Below, in pieces: positions 28,452-39,200 of a DNA stretch of 64,000 bases. Within the stretch, counting starts at the first letter, position 1. Every line of letters begins with the position of its first letter. The position numbers and the translations under genes were made by a program. Source of the stretch: Bacillota bacterium (GTDB lineage Bacteria > Bacillota > SHA-98 > UBA4971); the NCBI GenBank assembly GCA_024653485.1, contig JANLFY010000001.1:166160-230159 (forward strand), in the 5' to 3' direction. Below the pieces are notes generated by a model that searched no databases, was not told the origin of the DNA, and was given only the letters and a program-made list of their open reading frames with translations.

Positions 28452-30379
28452 GCCAGGCGGAGATCGAAGACATCCTGATGAAGTACGACAGGGAGTCCGC
28501 GTATCGGAGGATTCCTGGGCTGTACTCCGTTGTCATCAGCGTCATTGCCATCGCCTTCTCACTCTTTCAGCTGTACACCGCGGCGTTCGGCGTGCTGCCG
28601 GCTCAGATACAACGGGCAGTCCACCTGGGTTTCGGAGTCCTCCTCGCGTTCCTGCTCTATCCCGCGTCGAAAAGAGGTATCCGCAAACTGGCGTGGTACG
28701 ACGTGGTGTTGGCAGTGATCGGTGCGTTCGTGATGAGCTATCTCGTTTGGAACTTCAAGGAGCTCCTGGTTCGCGCGGGAGCGTACACCACCTTTGACAT
28801 AGTCATCGGCGCGATCGGCATCCTGTTGGTGCTGGAAGCCACCAGGCGCGTCGTGGGGATTCCCATCTTGGTTGTGGTGTGCTGTTTCCTTGCGTACGCC
28901 TACTTCGGGCGATACGTGCCGGGGTTCTTCCAACATCGCGGCGCCTCGATCACGAGGCTCGTCGGACACATGTTCTTCACGACCGAGGGAATGTTCGGCA
29001 TCCCACTAGGTGTGTCGTCCACCTTCATATTCCTGTTCATCCTGTTTGGTGCGTTCCTCGAGAAGACAGGGATAGGTCAGTTCTTCATCGACATCGCCAA
29101 CTCCGTGGCGGGCCACGCCGCCGGTGGCCCGGCCAAAGTGGCGGTGATAACGAGCGCGCTGGAGGGCACGGTTTCCGGAAGCTCCGTCGCGAATACCGTG
29201 GGCTCCGGCAGCTTCACGATCCCCATGATGAAGAGGCTCGGCTACAGACCGGAGTTTGCGGGGGCGGTAGAGGCGTCGGCGTCTACTGGAGGGCAGATCA
29301 TGCCCCCGATCATGGGAGCGGCTGCGTTCCTCATGGCTGAGTTCATCGGCGTGCCATATCTCCAGGTGGCGAAATCCGCGATCATCCCCGCCATCCTCTA
29401 TTTCACGGGCGTGTTCATCGTGGTCCATCTCGAGGCGAAGAAGACCGGGCTGCGCGGGCTGCCGCGAGAGCGCCTGCCGCGGTTTTGGGCCATCATGCGT
29501 GAGCGGGGCCAGCTTTTCCTCCCGTTGGTCGCCATCATATACCTTCTCGTTGAGGGAAGCACGCCCATGAAGGCCGCGCTATGGGGCCTTGTGGTTGCCG
29601 TCTTGGCCAGCTGCATTTCCAGGGCGACCAGGATGAAACCTGCTGACATCTTGGCCGCACTCGAGCAAGGCGCCCGCAACGCCCTCGGTGTCGTGATAGC
29701 GTGCGCTGCGGCGGGCATGATAGTGGGAACGGTGACTCTGACAGGCCTCGGCCTGAAGCTGGCGAACGGGCTCATCCTGCTGGCTCGTGGACAGCTTCTT
29801 CCAACCCTTTTCTTCACCATGGTGACGTCGCTGGTACTCGGGATGGGAGCACCAACGACGGCCAACTACGTCATCACGTCAACTATAGCAGCGCCCGCAC
29901 TCCTGAAACTGGGTGTCCCCGTCATGGCGGCTCACATGTTTGCGTTCTACTTCGGCATCGTGGCCGACGTGACGCCGCCCGTGGCTCTCGCTGCATTCGC
30001 GGGGTCGGGGATAGCCAAGTCGAATCCGATCAAGACGGGGATCGAGGCGACTAAGCTCTCAATAGCCGCTTTCCTTATCCCGTACTTCTTCGTATACGCT
30101 CCCTCGCTTCTCCTCGTGGGCACCATGTCTTGGCTCGACACGCTGAGAGTCGTCGCGGGAGCCGTGGTCGGCATGATAGCAGTGGGAGCGGCCGTTGAGG
30201 GGTGGCTGTTGACATCCACGCGCAACGTCGAGAGGCCGGTCCTATTTGTCGCAGGGCTTCTGCTCATCCATCCTCACATCTCCACGGATCTCCTAGGCAT
30301 ATTGCTGATAGGCGTCGTCTGGTTGGCTCAAATGGCGAGGCTGCGTCGTAGAGGCGTGTCCCGAGGAGTCACCGCGTGA
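28448..30379 (+). CDS. TRAP transporter fused permease (DctQ-DctM 4TM/12TM fusion, TAXI type)
   Basis: Long polytopic permease with the N-terminal ...KYDRESAYRRIPG motif typical of TAXI-TRAP fused permeases. Start proposed at GTG 28448, which overlaps the DUF1850 stop as GTGA. The longer ORF reaches 28361. Confidence 0.85.
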   Translation: MSQAEIEDILMKYDRESAYRRIPGLYSVVISVIAIAFSLFQLYTAAFGVLPAQIQRAVHLGFGVLLAFLLYPASKRGIRKLAWYDVVLAVIGAFVMSYLVWNFKELLVRAGAYTTFDIVIGAIGILLVLEATRRVVGIPILVVVCCFLAYAYFGRYVPGFFQHRGASITRLVGHMFFTTEGMFGIPLGVSSTFIFLFILFGAFLEKTGIGQFFIDIANSVAGHAAGGPAKVAVITSALEGTVSGSSVANTVGSGSFTIPMMKRLGYRPEFAGAVEASASTGGQIMPPIMGAAAFLMAEFIGVPYLQVAKSAIIPAILYFTGVFIVVHLEAKKTGLRGLPRERLPRFWAIMRERGQLFLPLVAIIYLLVEGSTPMKAALWGLVVAVLASCISRATRMKPADILAALEQGARNALGVVIACAAAGMIVGTVTLTGLGLKLANGLILLARGQLLPTLFFTMVTSLVLGMGAPTTANYVITSTIAAPALLKLGVPVMAAHMFAFYFGIVADVTPPVALAAFAGSGIAKSNPIKTGIEATKLSIAAFLIPYFFVYAPSLLLVGTMSWLDTLRVVAGAVVGMIAVGAAVEGWLLTSTRNVERPVLFVAGLLLIHPHISTDLLGILLIGVVWLAQMARLRRRGVSRGVTA

Positions 30380-30468
30380 AGACCGCGCACCATGGACACC
30401 AACGGAGGGTGGCGGAGAAGGATTCTGTGAACACTGTGTCGAAGGAAAACCGCGCAACGCGGCGAACA

Positions 30469-30828
30469 ATGTTCTTCGGCGGGTACGCGAAGCTGCCCAC
30501 CGGAATCACGGCGGAGGAACTGTACAAGGTGGTGGGGGTGGGCCTGGAGATCGAGCCCGTGACCGGCGAGATAGTTGACGCGGACTGCACCCTCGCTACT
30601 TCGACCGCCAAGAAAGTCTTCAGGCAGCTCGTGACCGGGCGCAGAATCGACGCTGACATGGGAGCCATCGTGGACGACCTGAGGGCGTACTACCATGGTG
30701 CTGCGCAGAGAGCGCTCCTGACGGCTCTCAGGGCCATCCGCGAGAAATACCGGGCGACGTGCCTCGGCCCGGCCAAGCAGCCGGCGGGTGAGGCCGACGG
30801 CGCTACGGGTGAGGGAAACGAAGGCTGA
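30469..30828 (+). CDS. DUF3870-like protein
   Basis: MFFGGYAKLPTGITAEELYKVVGVGLEIEP... matches the DUF3870 family that often follows TRAP permeases. Confidence 0.55.
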   Translation: MFFGGYAKLPTGITAEELYKVVGVGLEIEPVTGEIVDADCTLATSTAKKVFRQLVTGRRIDADMGAIVDDLRAYYHGAAQRALLTALRAIREKYRATCLGPAKQPAGEADGATGEGNEG

Positions 30829-30978
30829 TGATAGCCAAACAAGAGTACCGGCAGGGACACGCTTGCAACTACGGCTGGCGTGGAAGTGCCGGTTGCCACC
30901 CTGGCCGCGGCGCGAGGGGGAGTACCCCGGGCCGCAAAGCGGACATGGCCTGGCTTCGAGCGGTCCGGTGAGGACATC

Positions 30979-31006
30979 GGACCACGCGGGGTCAGGTTTT
31001 GTTTTT
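30979..31006 (+). terminator. Weak intrinsic terminator candidate after the TRAP operon
   Basis: GACCacgcggGGTC hairpin (with an alternative GGTCCG...CGGACC pairing) followed by TTTTGTTTTT. Confidence 0.3.
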
Positions 31007-31114
31007 ATCCGCTGCTGAGGGCGGCTAGCGATCCTGCTGGTTACGGTCGGAGCATCCGGGTCCGCCCAGCGGGCGAGACTAGTGCCGATACGAGAGAAGG
31101 AGGTAGCGGTAAGC

Positions 31115-32452
31115 ATGGGCCGGAAAGAAGATCTTGTTGCCAGGGCGAAGAAGCCCGCGGAGGACGCCCTCAAACTCCACCCGTTCTACCGGGGCAAGAT
31201 CGAGACGGTTCCCAAGTGTGAGATTCGTGACTTTCAGGACTTCGCCGTGTGGTACTCGCCGGGCGTTGCGGCTCCCTGCAAGGAGATCGCTCAGAACAGG
31301 GAGCTCGTTTACTCCTACACGAACAAATGGAACACCGTGGCGGTGGTGTCGGACGGCACGAGGGTCTTGGGATTGGGCGACATCGGGCCTGAAGCTGGCT
31401 TGCCCGTGATGGAGGGCAAGGCTCTGCTCTTCAAGTACCTGGGTGGAGTGGACGCGTTCCCGATATGCCTTGGGACCAAGGACCCTGATGAGATAATATC
31501 CGCGGTGAAGTGGATACAGCCGTCTTTCGGCGGAGTGAACCTGGAGGACATAGAGCAGCCCAAGTGCTTCTATGTGCTCGAGCGGCTGCGCGAAGAAGCG
31601 GAGATTCCCGTATGGCATGACGACCAGCAAGGAACGGCGGCCGTGACCGTCGCGGGCCTTGTAAACGCTCTCAAGCTCGTGGGAAAGGACATCAGCAAGG
31701 TCGATATCGCCATGATAGGGGCGGGTGCCGCCAACATCCGCACGGCGTGGCTCATAATCGCGGCAGGCGCGGACCCGGGGAGAATCGTGATGTGCGATAC
31801 CAAGGGCACCCTCCACAAGGGCCGAACCGAACTTGCGAGGACCCACAAGGAGAAGTGGGAGCTGGCGCAGCGGACCAACGAGCGGTGCGTTGAAGGACAG
31901 ATACCCGACGCCATGCGCGGAGCGGACGTGGTGATCGCCCTCTCGAAGCCTGGCCCCGACGTCATACACCCAGAGTGGGTGAAATCGATGGCGAAGGATC
32001 CCATAGTGTTTGTGTGCGCGAACCCGGTGCCGGAGATGTGGCCATGGGATGCGACGGAAGCTGGGGCAGCCGTCGTGGCAACCGGACGGTCGGACTTCCC
32101 CAATCAGGTTAACAACTCCCTCGGCTTCCCGGCGATCTTCAGGGGCACCCTCGACGTCAGGGCGAAGACCATCACCGACGAGATGTGCCTTGCCGCTGCG
32201 CTGGAGCTCGCAAGGTGCGCGGAGGACAGGGGGCTCTCGCGCGAGTACATCATCCCCACCATGGATGAATGGGAGGTGTACCCCAGAGAGGCGGCCGCCG
32301 TGGGGACGAAAGCCATCGAGCAGGGGGTCGCGCGGATCACCCTGACTTGGGATGAATTGTACAAGAACGCCGAGGCCATGATCTCACGGTCGCGGGAGAC
32401 CGCCAGGCTGCTGATGGAGAAGGGGATCATCCCGAAAGCGGCAAGGGGGTAG
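31115..32452 (+). CDS. NAD(P)-dependent malic enzyme (oxaloacetate-decarboxylating malate dehydrogenase)
   Basis: Malic enzyme N-terminal and NAD-binding domains (FYRGKIE, VVSDGTRVLGLGDIG, AMIGAGAA). GAGAAGGAGG SD. Confidence 0.9.
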   Translation: MGRKEDLVARAKKPAEDALKLHPFYRGKIETVPKCEIRDFQDFAVWYSPGVAAPCKEIAQNRELVYSYTNKWNTVAVVSDGTRVLGLGDIGPEAGLPVMEGKALLFKYLGGVDAFPICLGTKDPDEIISAVKWIQPSFGGVNLEDIEQPKCFYVLERLREEAEIPVWHDDQQGTAAVTVAGLVNALKLVGKDISKVDIAMIGAGAANIRTAWLIIAAGADPGRIVMCDTKGTLHKGRTELARTHKEKWELAQRTNERCVEGQIPDAMRGADVVIALSKPGPDVIHPEWVKSMAKDPIVFVCANPVPEMWPWDATEAGAAVVATGRSDFPNQVNNSLGFPAIFRGTLDVRAKTITDEMCLAAALELARCAEDRGLSREYIIPTMDEWEVYPREAAAVGTKAIEQGVARITLTWDELYKNAEAMISRSRETARLLMEKGIIPKAARG

Positions 32453-32601
32453 GCTCGCGGGCGCCGCCAGACGCGCTTGGCGTGACGCACGCTTGCGGAA
32501 ACTAGCATCCTCGTGCCAGCTCGGGAGCGGCTCAGAGCCGGCTTCAAGCTGTCAGCGGTAGAGCTTGGTGCCGGCATCGCCGGGCGAGGGAGAGATCTGC
32601 T

Positions 32602-33000
32602 TTGAGGCTCACGCGCGATGTGATAAGGGGCGATAGCAGACGCAAGCTGCTTGACATCAGCGGGGAGGACGTCGCTGCGTGTTACCAGTGCGGCAAGTGC
32701 TCCGCCGGCTGCGCGATGGGGGCGATGATGGATCTCCTCCCTCACCAGGTGATTAGACTCGTGCAGCTCGGGCAGATTGATGACGCGCTCGCGTCCCGAA
32801 CGATTTGGCTGTGTGCCTCGTGCCTAGCATGTAGTGCGCGGTGTCCGAGGGGCGTGAGCCTGCCGCACGTCATGGAAGCGCTCAGGGTGACGCTCCTGCG
32901 TTCGGGTGGGCGGCATCTCGACCTCTCGCGCCTCCCGTCGGATGTCTTCGAGAACGCTCCGGAGCAAGTTTTCGTGGCCGGTCTCCGGAAGTACACGTGA
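32602..33000 (+). CDS. hdrC: Heterodisulfide reductase subunit C-like (HdrC), two 4Fe-4S motifs
   Basis: CYQCGKCSAGC and CASCLACSARCP cluster motifs in a ~130-aa protein directly upstream of hdrB. TTG start is uncertain. GTG 32620 is the alternative. Confidence 0.7.
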   Translation: MRLTRDVIRGDSRRKLLDISGEDVAACYQCGKCSAGCAMGAMMDLLPHQVIRLVQLGQIDDALASRTIWLCASCLACSARCPRGVSLPHVMEALRVTLLRSGGRHLDLSRLPSDVFENAPEQVFVAGLRKYT

Positions 33001-33271
33001 CCTGCGTCGCGGCGGCGGGGAGCCTGAGTTGAGCCAGTCGGGCGGTGTTTCCGCCTGGGCTTGGCCTCGGATGCCGCGCAGGCTCGAGCCGAGACCGCCG
33101 ATCGCGGTGAGACGTGGCTTGCCACAGCCGCGCTTGCCACAGCCGCGAATGTGGCTGCACTATGGGCTTTCCTGGCCGGACGCGGGGGCGGGGAGAAAGG
33201 GAGGAGGGTCGCCGCAAGGACGCAGCCCGACGGCGCGACCCCGGGGCGGGCACGACTTGCGGCCAGGCGAG

Positions 33272-34153
33272 ATGGGCTACGTGTATTTTCCAGGATGCAC
33301 GCTGCGGGTAAGGGCCAAAGGCTTCGAGTCGTCGGCTCTCGCTTCAGCGCGTGCGCTCGGCGTTCATCTCGAAGAGCTGCCGAATTGGCAGTGCTGCGGG
33401 GCGACATTTCCGCTGCAGGTGGATAACGCGTTTCCGCTCGTGTCCCCAGCTCGGACCCTTGCGTCCGCCAGAAAGATGGGCGGACGACTCGTGACCCTGT
33501 GCTCCGCCTGTTACAATGTGCTCAAGCGAACGAACCACGTGATGCGTACGGACGCCGACCGCCGCTTCAAGGTGAACGCTTTCATAGAGGAGGATTACGG
33601 TGGAGATGTCGAGGTCGCGCATCTGCTAGAGGTGCTCCGTGATGACGTCGGGTTCGACGAGATTGCGAAGCGCGCGAAGGTGCCCCTCGGCGGCCTCGCG
33701 GCCGCGCCCTACTACGGCTGCCTGCTGTTGAGACCCGCCGACGAGCTCGAATTCGACGACCCGGAGTCGCCCCACATCCTTGAGGATTTCCTCGCCGCTC
33801 TGGGATGCAAGGTCGTTGACCATCCGTACAAGATAGAGTGTTGCGGTAGCTACGTAGCGCTTGAGCCCGGACAGGCCGCTTTGGAGCCGAGCAGGCTTGT
33901 GGTGGAGTCGGCGAAGACAAGGGGCGCCCAGGTCATCGTGACGAGCTGCCCCCTGTGCCAGTACAATCTCGAGGTCTCGCAGGGAAGACCTCACGGCCTG
34001 GCCGGAGCAGGGGTCCCCGTGATCTACTTCACTCAGCTTCTAGCCGTCGCCCTCGGTCTTTCAGAGGATGTCTTGGGCTTTGAGGACCAGATGATCTCTC
34101 CAGGGCCGCTCCTGCGGTCCGTCGGGGCCATGGGAAGTGAGGCTACGGCATGA
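33272..34153 (+). CDS. hdrB: Heterodisulfide reductase subunit B-like (HdrB), two CCG domains
   Basis: MGYVYFPGC...QCCG and ...CPLCQYN CCG-domain signatures. Start at ATG 33272. The upstream part of the ORF is Arg/Pro-rich. Confidence 0.85.
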   Translation: MGYVYFPGCTLRVRAKGFESSALASARALGVHLEELPNWQCCGATFPLQVDNAFPLVSPARTLASARKMGGRLVTLCSACYNVLKRTNHVMRTDADRRFKVNAFIEEDYGGDVEVAHLLEVLRDDVGFDEIAKRAKVPLGGLAAAPYYGCLLLRPADELEFDDPESPHILEDFLAALGCKVVDHPYKIECCGSYVALEPGQAALEPSRLVVESAKTRGAQVIVTSCPLCQYNLEVSQGRPHGLAGAGVPVIYFTQLLAVALGLSEDVLGFEDQMISPGPLLRSVGAMGSEATA

Positions 34154-36096
34154 GGACGGGTGTGTTCGTGTGCTGGTGCGGTCTGAACATCGGCGGAGTC
34201 GTGGACGTGCCGGAGGTCGTCCGGGTAATCTCGAGTTATCCGGGGGTTGCGTGCGCCCTTGACTATCGATACATGTGCTCCGATCCGGGCCAACAGCTCA
34301 TCAAGGACACCATCAGGAGGGAGCGCCTGGACAGCGTGGTCGTTGCGGCGTGTTCGCCGGCTATGCACGAGGCCACGTTCCAGTCGGTGGCGGCAAGCGC
34401 CGGGGTGAATCCGTACAGGTGCGAGATCGCGAACATCCGCGAGCAATGCAGCTGGCCTCATCAAGATGAACCCGGCAAGGCCACGAGCAAGGCCTTGGAG
34501 CTCGTCCGAGCGGCTGTGGAAAAGGCTCGAGGCGACGAAGAGCTCTCGGCTCTATCCGTTCCTCTGACGAGGCGCGCCCTCGTCATAGGGGCGGGGATCG
34601 CCGGAATGCAGGCCGCTCTCGACATCGCAGAGGCGGGCCACGAGGTCGTGCTGGTGGAACGGCAGGCGCACATCGGAGGCCACATGGCTCAGCTTTCGGA
34701 GACGTTCCCGACCCTCGATTGCTCGCAGTGTATACTCACGCCGAAGACATCAGAGGTGGGAAGACACCCTCGGATCAAACTCCTCACGAACAGCGACATC
34801 GAATCGGTCTCAGGGTACGTGGGGAATTTCTCCGTGAAGATCCGCAGGAAGGCGACTTATGTGAACTGGGATGTCTGTACCGGCTGCGGCCTGTGCACGG
34901 AGAAGTGCCCATCCAAGAAGCCGTCCGTCTTCGAGAGAGGTCTTTCCCAGGAGCCCGCCATTGCCATCGCCTTTCCGCAGGCGGTGCCCCACAAGCCTGT
35001 GATCAGCGCCGAAGCGTGCAGGCATTTCACGAAGGGCAAGTGCGGAGTGTGCGAGAGGGCCTGCCCGGCCGGGGCAATCGACTTCGGGCAAAGGGACTCG
35101 CTTGTCGAAGAACAGGTCGGCGCGATCGTGGTTGCTACGGGATATGACCTCCATCCAAAGGCGAAGGTGGGGGAGTACGGTTACGGTGTGTACCCTGATG
35201 TCATCGACGGGCTCGAGTTCGAGCGACTCAACTCCGCGTCCGGTCCCACGCAGGGCGAGATAAGGCGTCCGTCCGACGGCAAGGTTCCTAAAGAAGTGGT
35301 GTTCATTCAGTGCGTGGGATCCCGGGATCAAGAGAACGGGTACCCCTATTGTTCGAAGATATGCTGCATGTACACGGCCAAGCATGCTCGGCTATACAAG
35401 CACAAAGTGCCTGACGGCCAGCCTTACGTGTTCTACATGGACGTGCGCGCAGGCGGTAAGGGTTACGAGGAGTTCGTGCAGCAAGCCATGGACGAGGGCG
35501 TGCTGTACCTGAGAGGCCGGGTGGCGCGGGTGTTCCAGGATGGCGACGGCCTTGCGGTGCTCGGGGTGGACACTCTCTCCGGCAAGAAGGTGGAGGTCCG
35601 CGCGGATATGGTGGTTCTCGCTACGGCCATCGTGCCCTCGAGTGGGGCGAAAGACCTCGCTCAGCTCCTCAAGACCGCCGTGGACCAATTCGGGTTCTTG
35701 TCCGAGGCTCACCCCAAGCTGCGCCCGGTGGAGAGCCTGACGCGCGGCATCTACATCGCGGGGTGCGCCCAGGCGCCGAAGGACATTCCCGACACGGTGA
35801 CTCAAGCGGGTTCCGCGGCAGCGAAGGTGCTCGCGCTCTTCTCCGCAGAGAGGCTCTCCCATTCGCCGACTGTGGCCGCCGTAGATGAGGAACTGTGCAG
35901 CGGGTGCGGGATCTGTGTGAAAGCATGCGCGTACGAGGCCCGAACGCTTGACCCGACACGGCGCGTGGCGACGGTGAATGACGTGCTGTGCGAGGGGTGT
36001 GGCGCCTGCGTCGTGGCGTGCCCGAATGGTGCCACGAGACAGAAGAACATGACGAGATCCCAGGTGTTGTCGATGATCGATGCAGTGATGGGCTAG
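34150..36096 (+). CDS. hdrA: Heterodisulfide reductase subunit A-like (HdrA): FAD domain, inserted ferredoxin domain, C-terminal 2x[4Fe-4S]
   Basis: N-terminus MRTGVFVCWCG, FAD-binding LVIGAGIAGMQAA, CTGCGLC/CGVCERACP and CSGCGICVKAC/CEGCGACVVACP clusters. ATGA overlap with hdrB. Confidence 0.9.
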   Translation: MRTGVFVCWCGLNIGGVVDVPEVVRVISSYPGVACALDYRYMCSDPGQQLIKDTIRRERLDSVVVAACSPAMHEATFQSVAASAGVNPYRCEIANIREQCSWPHQDEPGKATSKALELVRAAVEKARGDEELSALSVPLTRRALVIGAGIAGMQAALDIAEAGHEVVLVERQAHIGGHMAQLSETFPTLDCSQCILTPKTSEVGRHPRIKLLTNSDIESVSGYVGNFSVKIRRKATYVNWDVCTGCGLCTEKCPSKKPSVFERGLSQEPAIAIAFPQAVPHKPVISAEACRHFTKGKCGVCERACPAGAIDFGQRDSLVEEQVGAIVVATGYDLHPKAKVGEYGYGVYPDVIDGLEFERLNSASGPTQGEIRRPSDGKVPKEVVFIQCVGSRDQENGYPYCSKICCMYTAKHARLYKHKVPDGQPYVFYMDVRAGGKGYEEFVQQAMDEGVLYLRGRVARVFQDGDGLAVLGVDTLSGKKVEVRADMVVLATAIVPSSGAKDLAQLLKTAVDQFGFLSEAHPKLRPVESLTRGIYIAGCAQAPKDIPDTVTQAGSAAAKVLALFSAERLSHSPTVAAVDEELCSGCGICVKACAYEARTLDPTRRVATVNDVLCEGCGACVVACPNGATRQKNMTRSQVLSMIDAVMG

Positions 36097-36216
36097 ACCG
36101 CGCACACGAGGAGGCGGAAAGCTGCTCGGAGCGGTCAGAGCGGTCGGATTTGTCCTGCGGGGCTGCCGTCGCGGCTTGCGCGGCAATGGCTATGACGACA
36201 CAGCTTGGGATGAGGT

Positions 36217-39200
36217 GTGATTTTAGGGATGGTGCCAGCTGAAGCGCGTTCGAGAGGGTCCGTGCTGGTAGTCGGAGGCGGCGTGGCTGGGATGCACGCC
36301 TCGCTCATCCTGGCGGAGGCAGGCGTGCATGTGTACCTGGTGGACTCGTCCGCCACGGTGGGCGGGCTCTGGAACCTCCTCGACAAGACATTCCCGACCC
36401 ATAGCTGCGGGATCTGCCACATGTCCACGAAGAACCCGGCCTACTGTCCGGTGATCGAGGTCGCGAGGCATCCCCGTGTCACGCTCATGGTCAACAGCCT
36501 AGTGGAAGAGGTCTTGGGTGACATAGGGGACTTCCGAGTGCGGGTCAGCACTCGCCCGGAATTCGTGAAGAGCGCCCTCTGCGACGGATGCGGCGAGTGC
36601 GAGAGAGCCTGTCCAGTGGAGGTCAGGCTGCCGCGTCACCTCGGACTCGATGACCGCAAGGCGATTGTTCGACCGGGCGGTCGCGCCGTCCTCGGAGGGT
36701 ACGCTGTGGACGAGGAGGCTTGCACAAGGTGTGGGGAGTGCGCCAGGGCGTGTCCCAGGGGCGCCATAAACCTTGCTGCCGAGGGAACCGAGACCACTCT
36801 TGCGGTTGGAGCCATCATCGTGTGTTCCGGAGCTGCCATGTGTGATCCCAGCGTACGTCCGGAATACATGTACGGTTTGTCGAAGAATGTCATGACTGGC
36901 TTGGAGTTCGAGAGGGTCTCGGCAGCCGCTCTCCTGAGCAATGAGGGTCTCCTCAGACCGGGCGATGGGGCGAGGCCCGACAGGATCGCCTTCATCCAGT
37001 GCGTGGGCTCGCGTGACAGGTCGAGGGCGAGCCCGTACTGCTCTTCGGTTTGTTGCATGTACGCCGTCAAAGAGGCGATCATTGCGAAGACGCTGGTGCC
37101 CGAGGCGTCGGTGAAGGTTTTCTATACGGATGTGAGGGCTCTTGGCAAGGGGTACGAGGAGTACTACGTCCGCGCAAAGGCCCTCGGCGTCGAGTTTGAG
37201 AACTGCAGGGTGTCTAGCGTCGAGGACAACGAAGGCGCTCTCGAGGTGCGCGCGGAGTCCGGCGGTGTGGTAAGGCGCGATAGCTTTGACCTCGTGGTGC
37301 TTTCGAACGGCTTTGTACCCGCAGGGAGCCTCATCAGCATCGGAGCCGTGCTCGGGCTCGAGCGGGACGAGTTCGGGTTCGTGAGGCCGCTATCTCAAGG
37401 GCGCTCACGGGTGACGACGTCCCGACCAGGGGTGTACGTTTGCGGAGGGGCGGCCGGGCCCCAGGACATCCCCACGTCAGTCCTGTGGTCGGGAGCGTGC
37501 GCGCTCCAGGCGCTTAGGGCGGTTGGACCCGAGGCTGACTGGGATGAGTGGCCCGCGCTCCGACTCGACGCGGGAGAGCAGACAGATCGACCGGGCGGGG
37601 GGAGGGCCGCGGACCTGGGTTCAGAGGCCACGGTGCAGAACCAGGTTTCGACTGCGACACAGGTGGCGCCGGCGTCCGCGGCTGGTGAGACGCGAGTCGG
37701 GGTGTTCGTTTGCGAGTGCGAGGCGTCCTTGGGGAGCGTAGACCCCGCGCGCCTCGTCCATGTGTTGTCGGGAGAGCCGATGCCTGACGTGGTCGTGGTG
37801 AAAGGGATTCCTCCCGTGTGCAAGCGAGAAGGCGTGGAAGCTCTGGCGAGGGAAGCTGCGTCCCACCGGGTCAACCGCGTGGTAGTAGCCGCATGCTCGC
37901 CTAGGCGGGTCCAGGACCTCATAGGTGGCAGGCTCTCGCAAGCCGGCGTGGAGCACGGGATGGTCGAGGTAGCGAACATCCGCGAGCAGTGCGGGTGGGT
38001 GCACGACCACCCTGGCAAGGCTGAGCGAAAGGCGCGCGATCTCGTGGCGATGGCAGTTGCCAGCGTTCGGATGGCAACTGTGCTCGTGGAACGAGCCAGA
38101 CCGGTGCCGGCGGGGGCGGTGGTGATCGGCGGAGGGCCGGCCGGGATGCACGCTGCTGCTTGCCTTGCCGACCTGGGCCACCACGTTCACCTTGTGGAGA
38201 AGGACGAGATTCTCGGGGGCAGGGCTCGGGCCTTAGCCCGGACGCTTGACGGGACAGACGTTCGAGAGCTCCTCGAGAAACTCGAGGAGCGTGTCCGCTC
38301 CGACAACCGCATCACCGTTCACACGTCATCGCGGGTCGCGTCGGTTCACAGGCGAGATGGAGGGTTCAGTGTGTCCATCGTCCGCAACCGCGACTCGGGT
38401 GGTGCGGAGCCTGAAAGGCTTGCAGACGACCTTCGCTGCACCGGTGAAGGCAGCGGCTTTCGAGGCGGTCGAGGCGGTTGCGCGGAAGAGGGCGGAGCGG
38501 CGATCGCGTGCGGCGCGGTGGTCGTGGCCACAGGGGGGCGCGAGGCCCCTGGCCCTGCGAGCCTTCCGCCTCCCGACGGCGCGCGCGTCTTGACCCAAAC
38601 GGAGCTCGAGGCCCGTCTCTGGCCTTCGTTGGATATCCCGGGCGCGATCCGGAGCGTTGTGATGATACAATGCGCGGGATCTCGCGATGAAACGAGGCCG
38701 TACTGCAGCCAGGTTTGTTGCTCTCAGGCCATCAAGAACGCTATCAGGCTCAAGGAGGAGCGCCCGGATGTCGAGGTTTACGTGTTGCATCGCGATGTCC
38801 GGGTGCCGGGTGCGTGGGAGGCTTTCTATGAACGGGCGCGCGAGATGGGAGTGGTGTTCGTAAGGCACCATGACGACGCCCCGCCCAGGGTGGTCAATGA
38901 TGGCGACGAGCCGGGCGGCAGCGCCCTCGCCGTCGAAGTCCTCGACGACATCCTGGGAGAGACCATCATCATTCCTGCGGACCTCGTAGTCCTGTCAACG
39001 GGGGCGGTGGGCGCGGCCGACCGCGATCTCGCGATGGCCCTCGGGGTGCCGGTCGATGGCCACGGTTTCCTGACCGAGGCCAACGTCAAGGTCCAACCCG
39101 TGGATACATGCGTGCCAGGGGTGTACGTCTGCGGACTTGCGAGGGCACCCGGGTTCTTGAGCGATGCGCTCGTCTCAGCGGAGGCCGCAGCGGCGCGCGC

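Noticed and set aside
32906-33271. Upstream 122 codons of the hdrB ORF
   Set aside because: Arg/Pro/Gly-rich low-complexity. HdrB homology begins at MGYVYFPGC.
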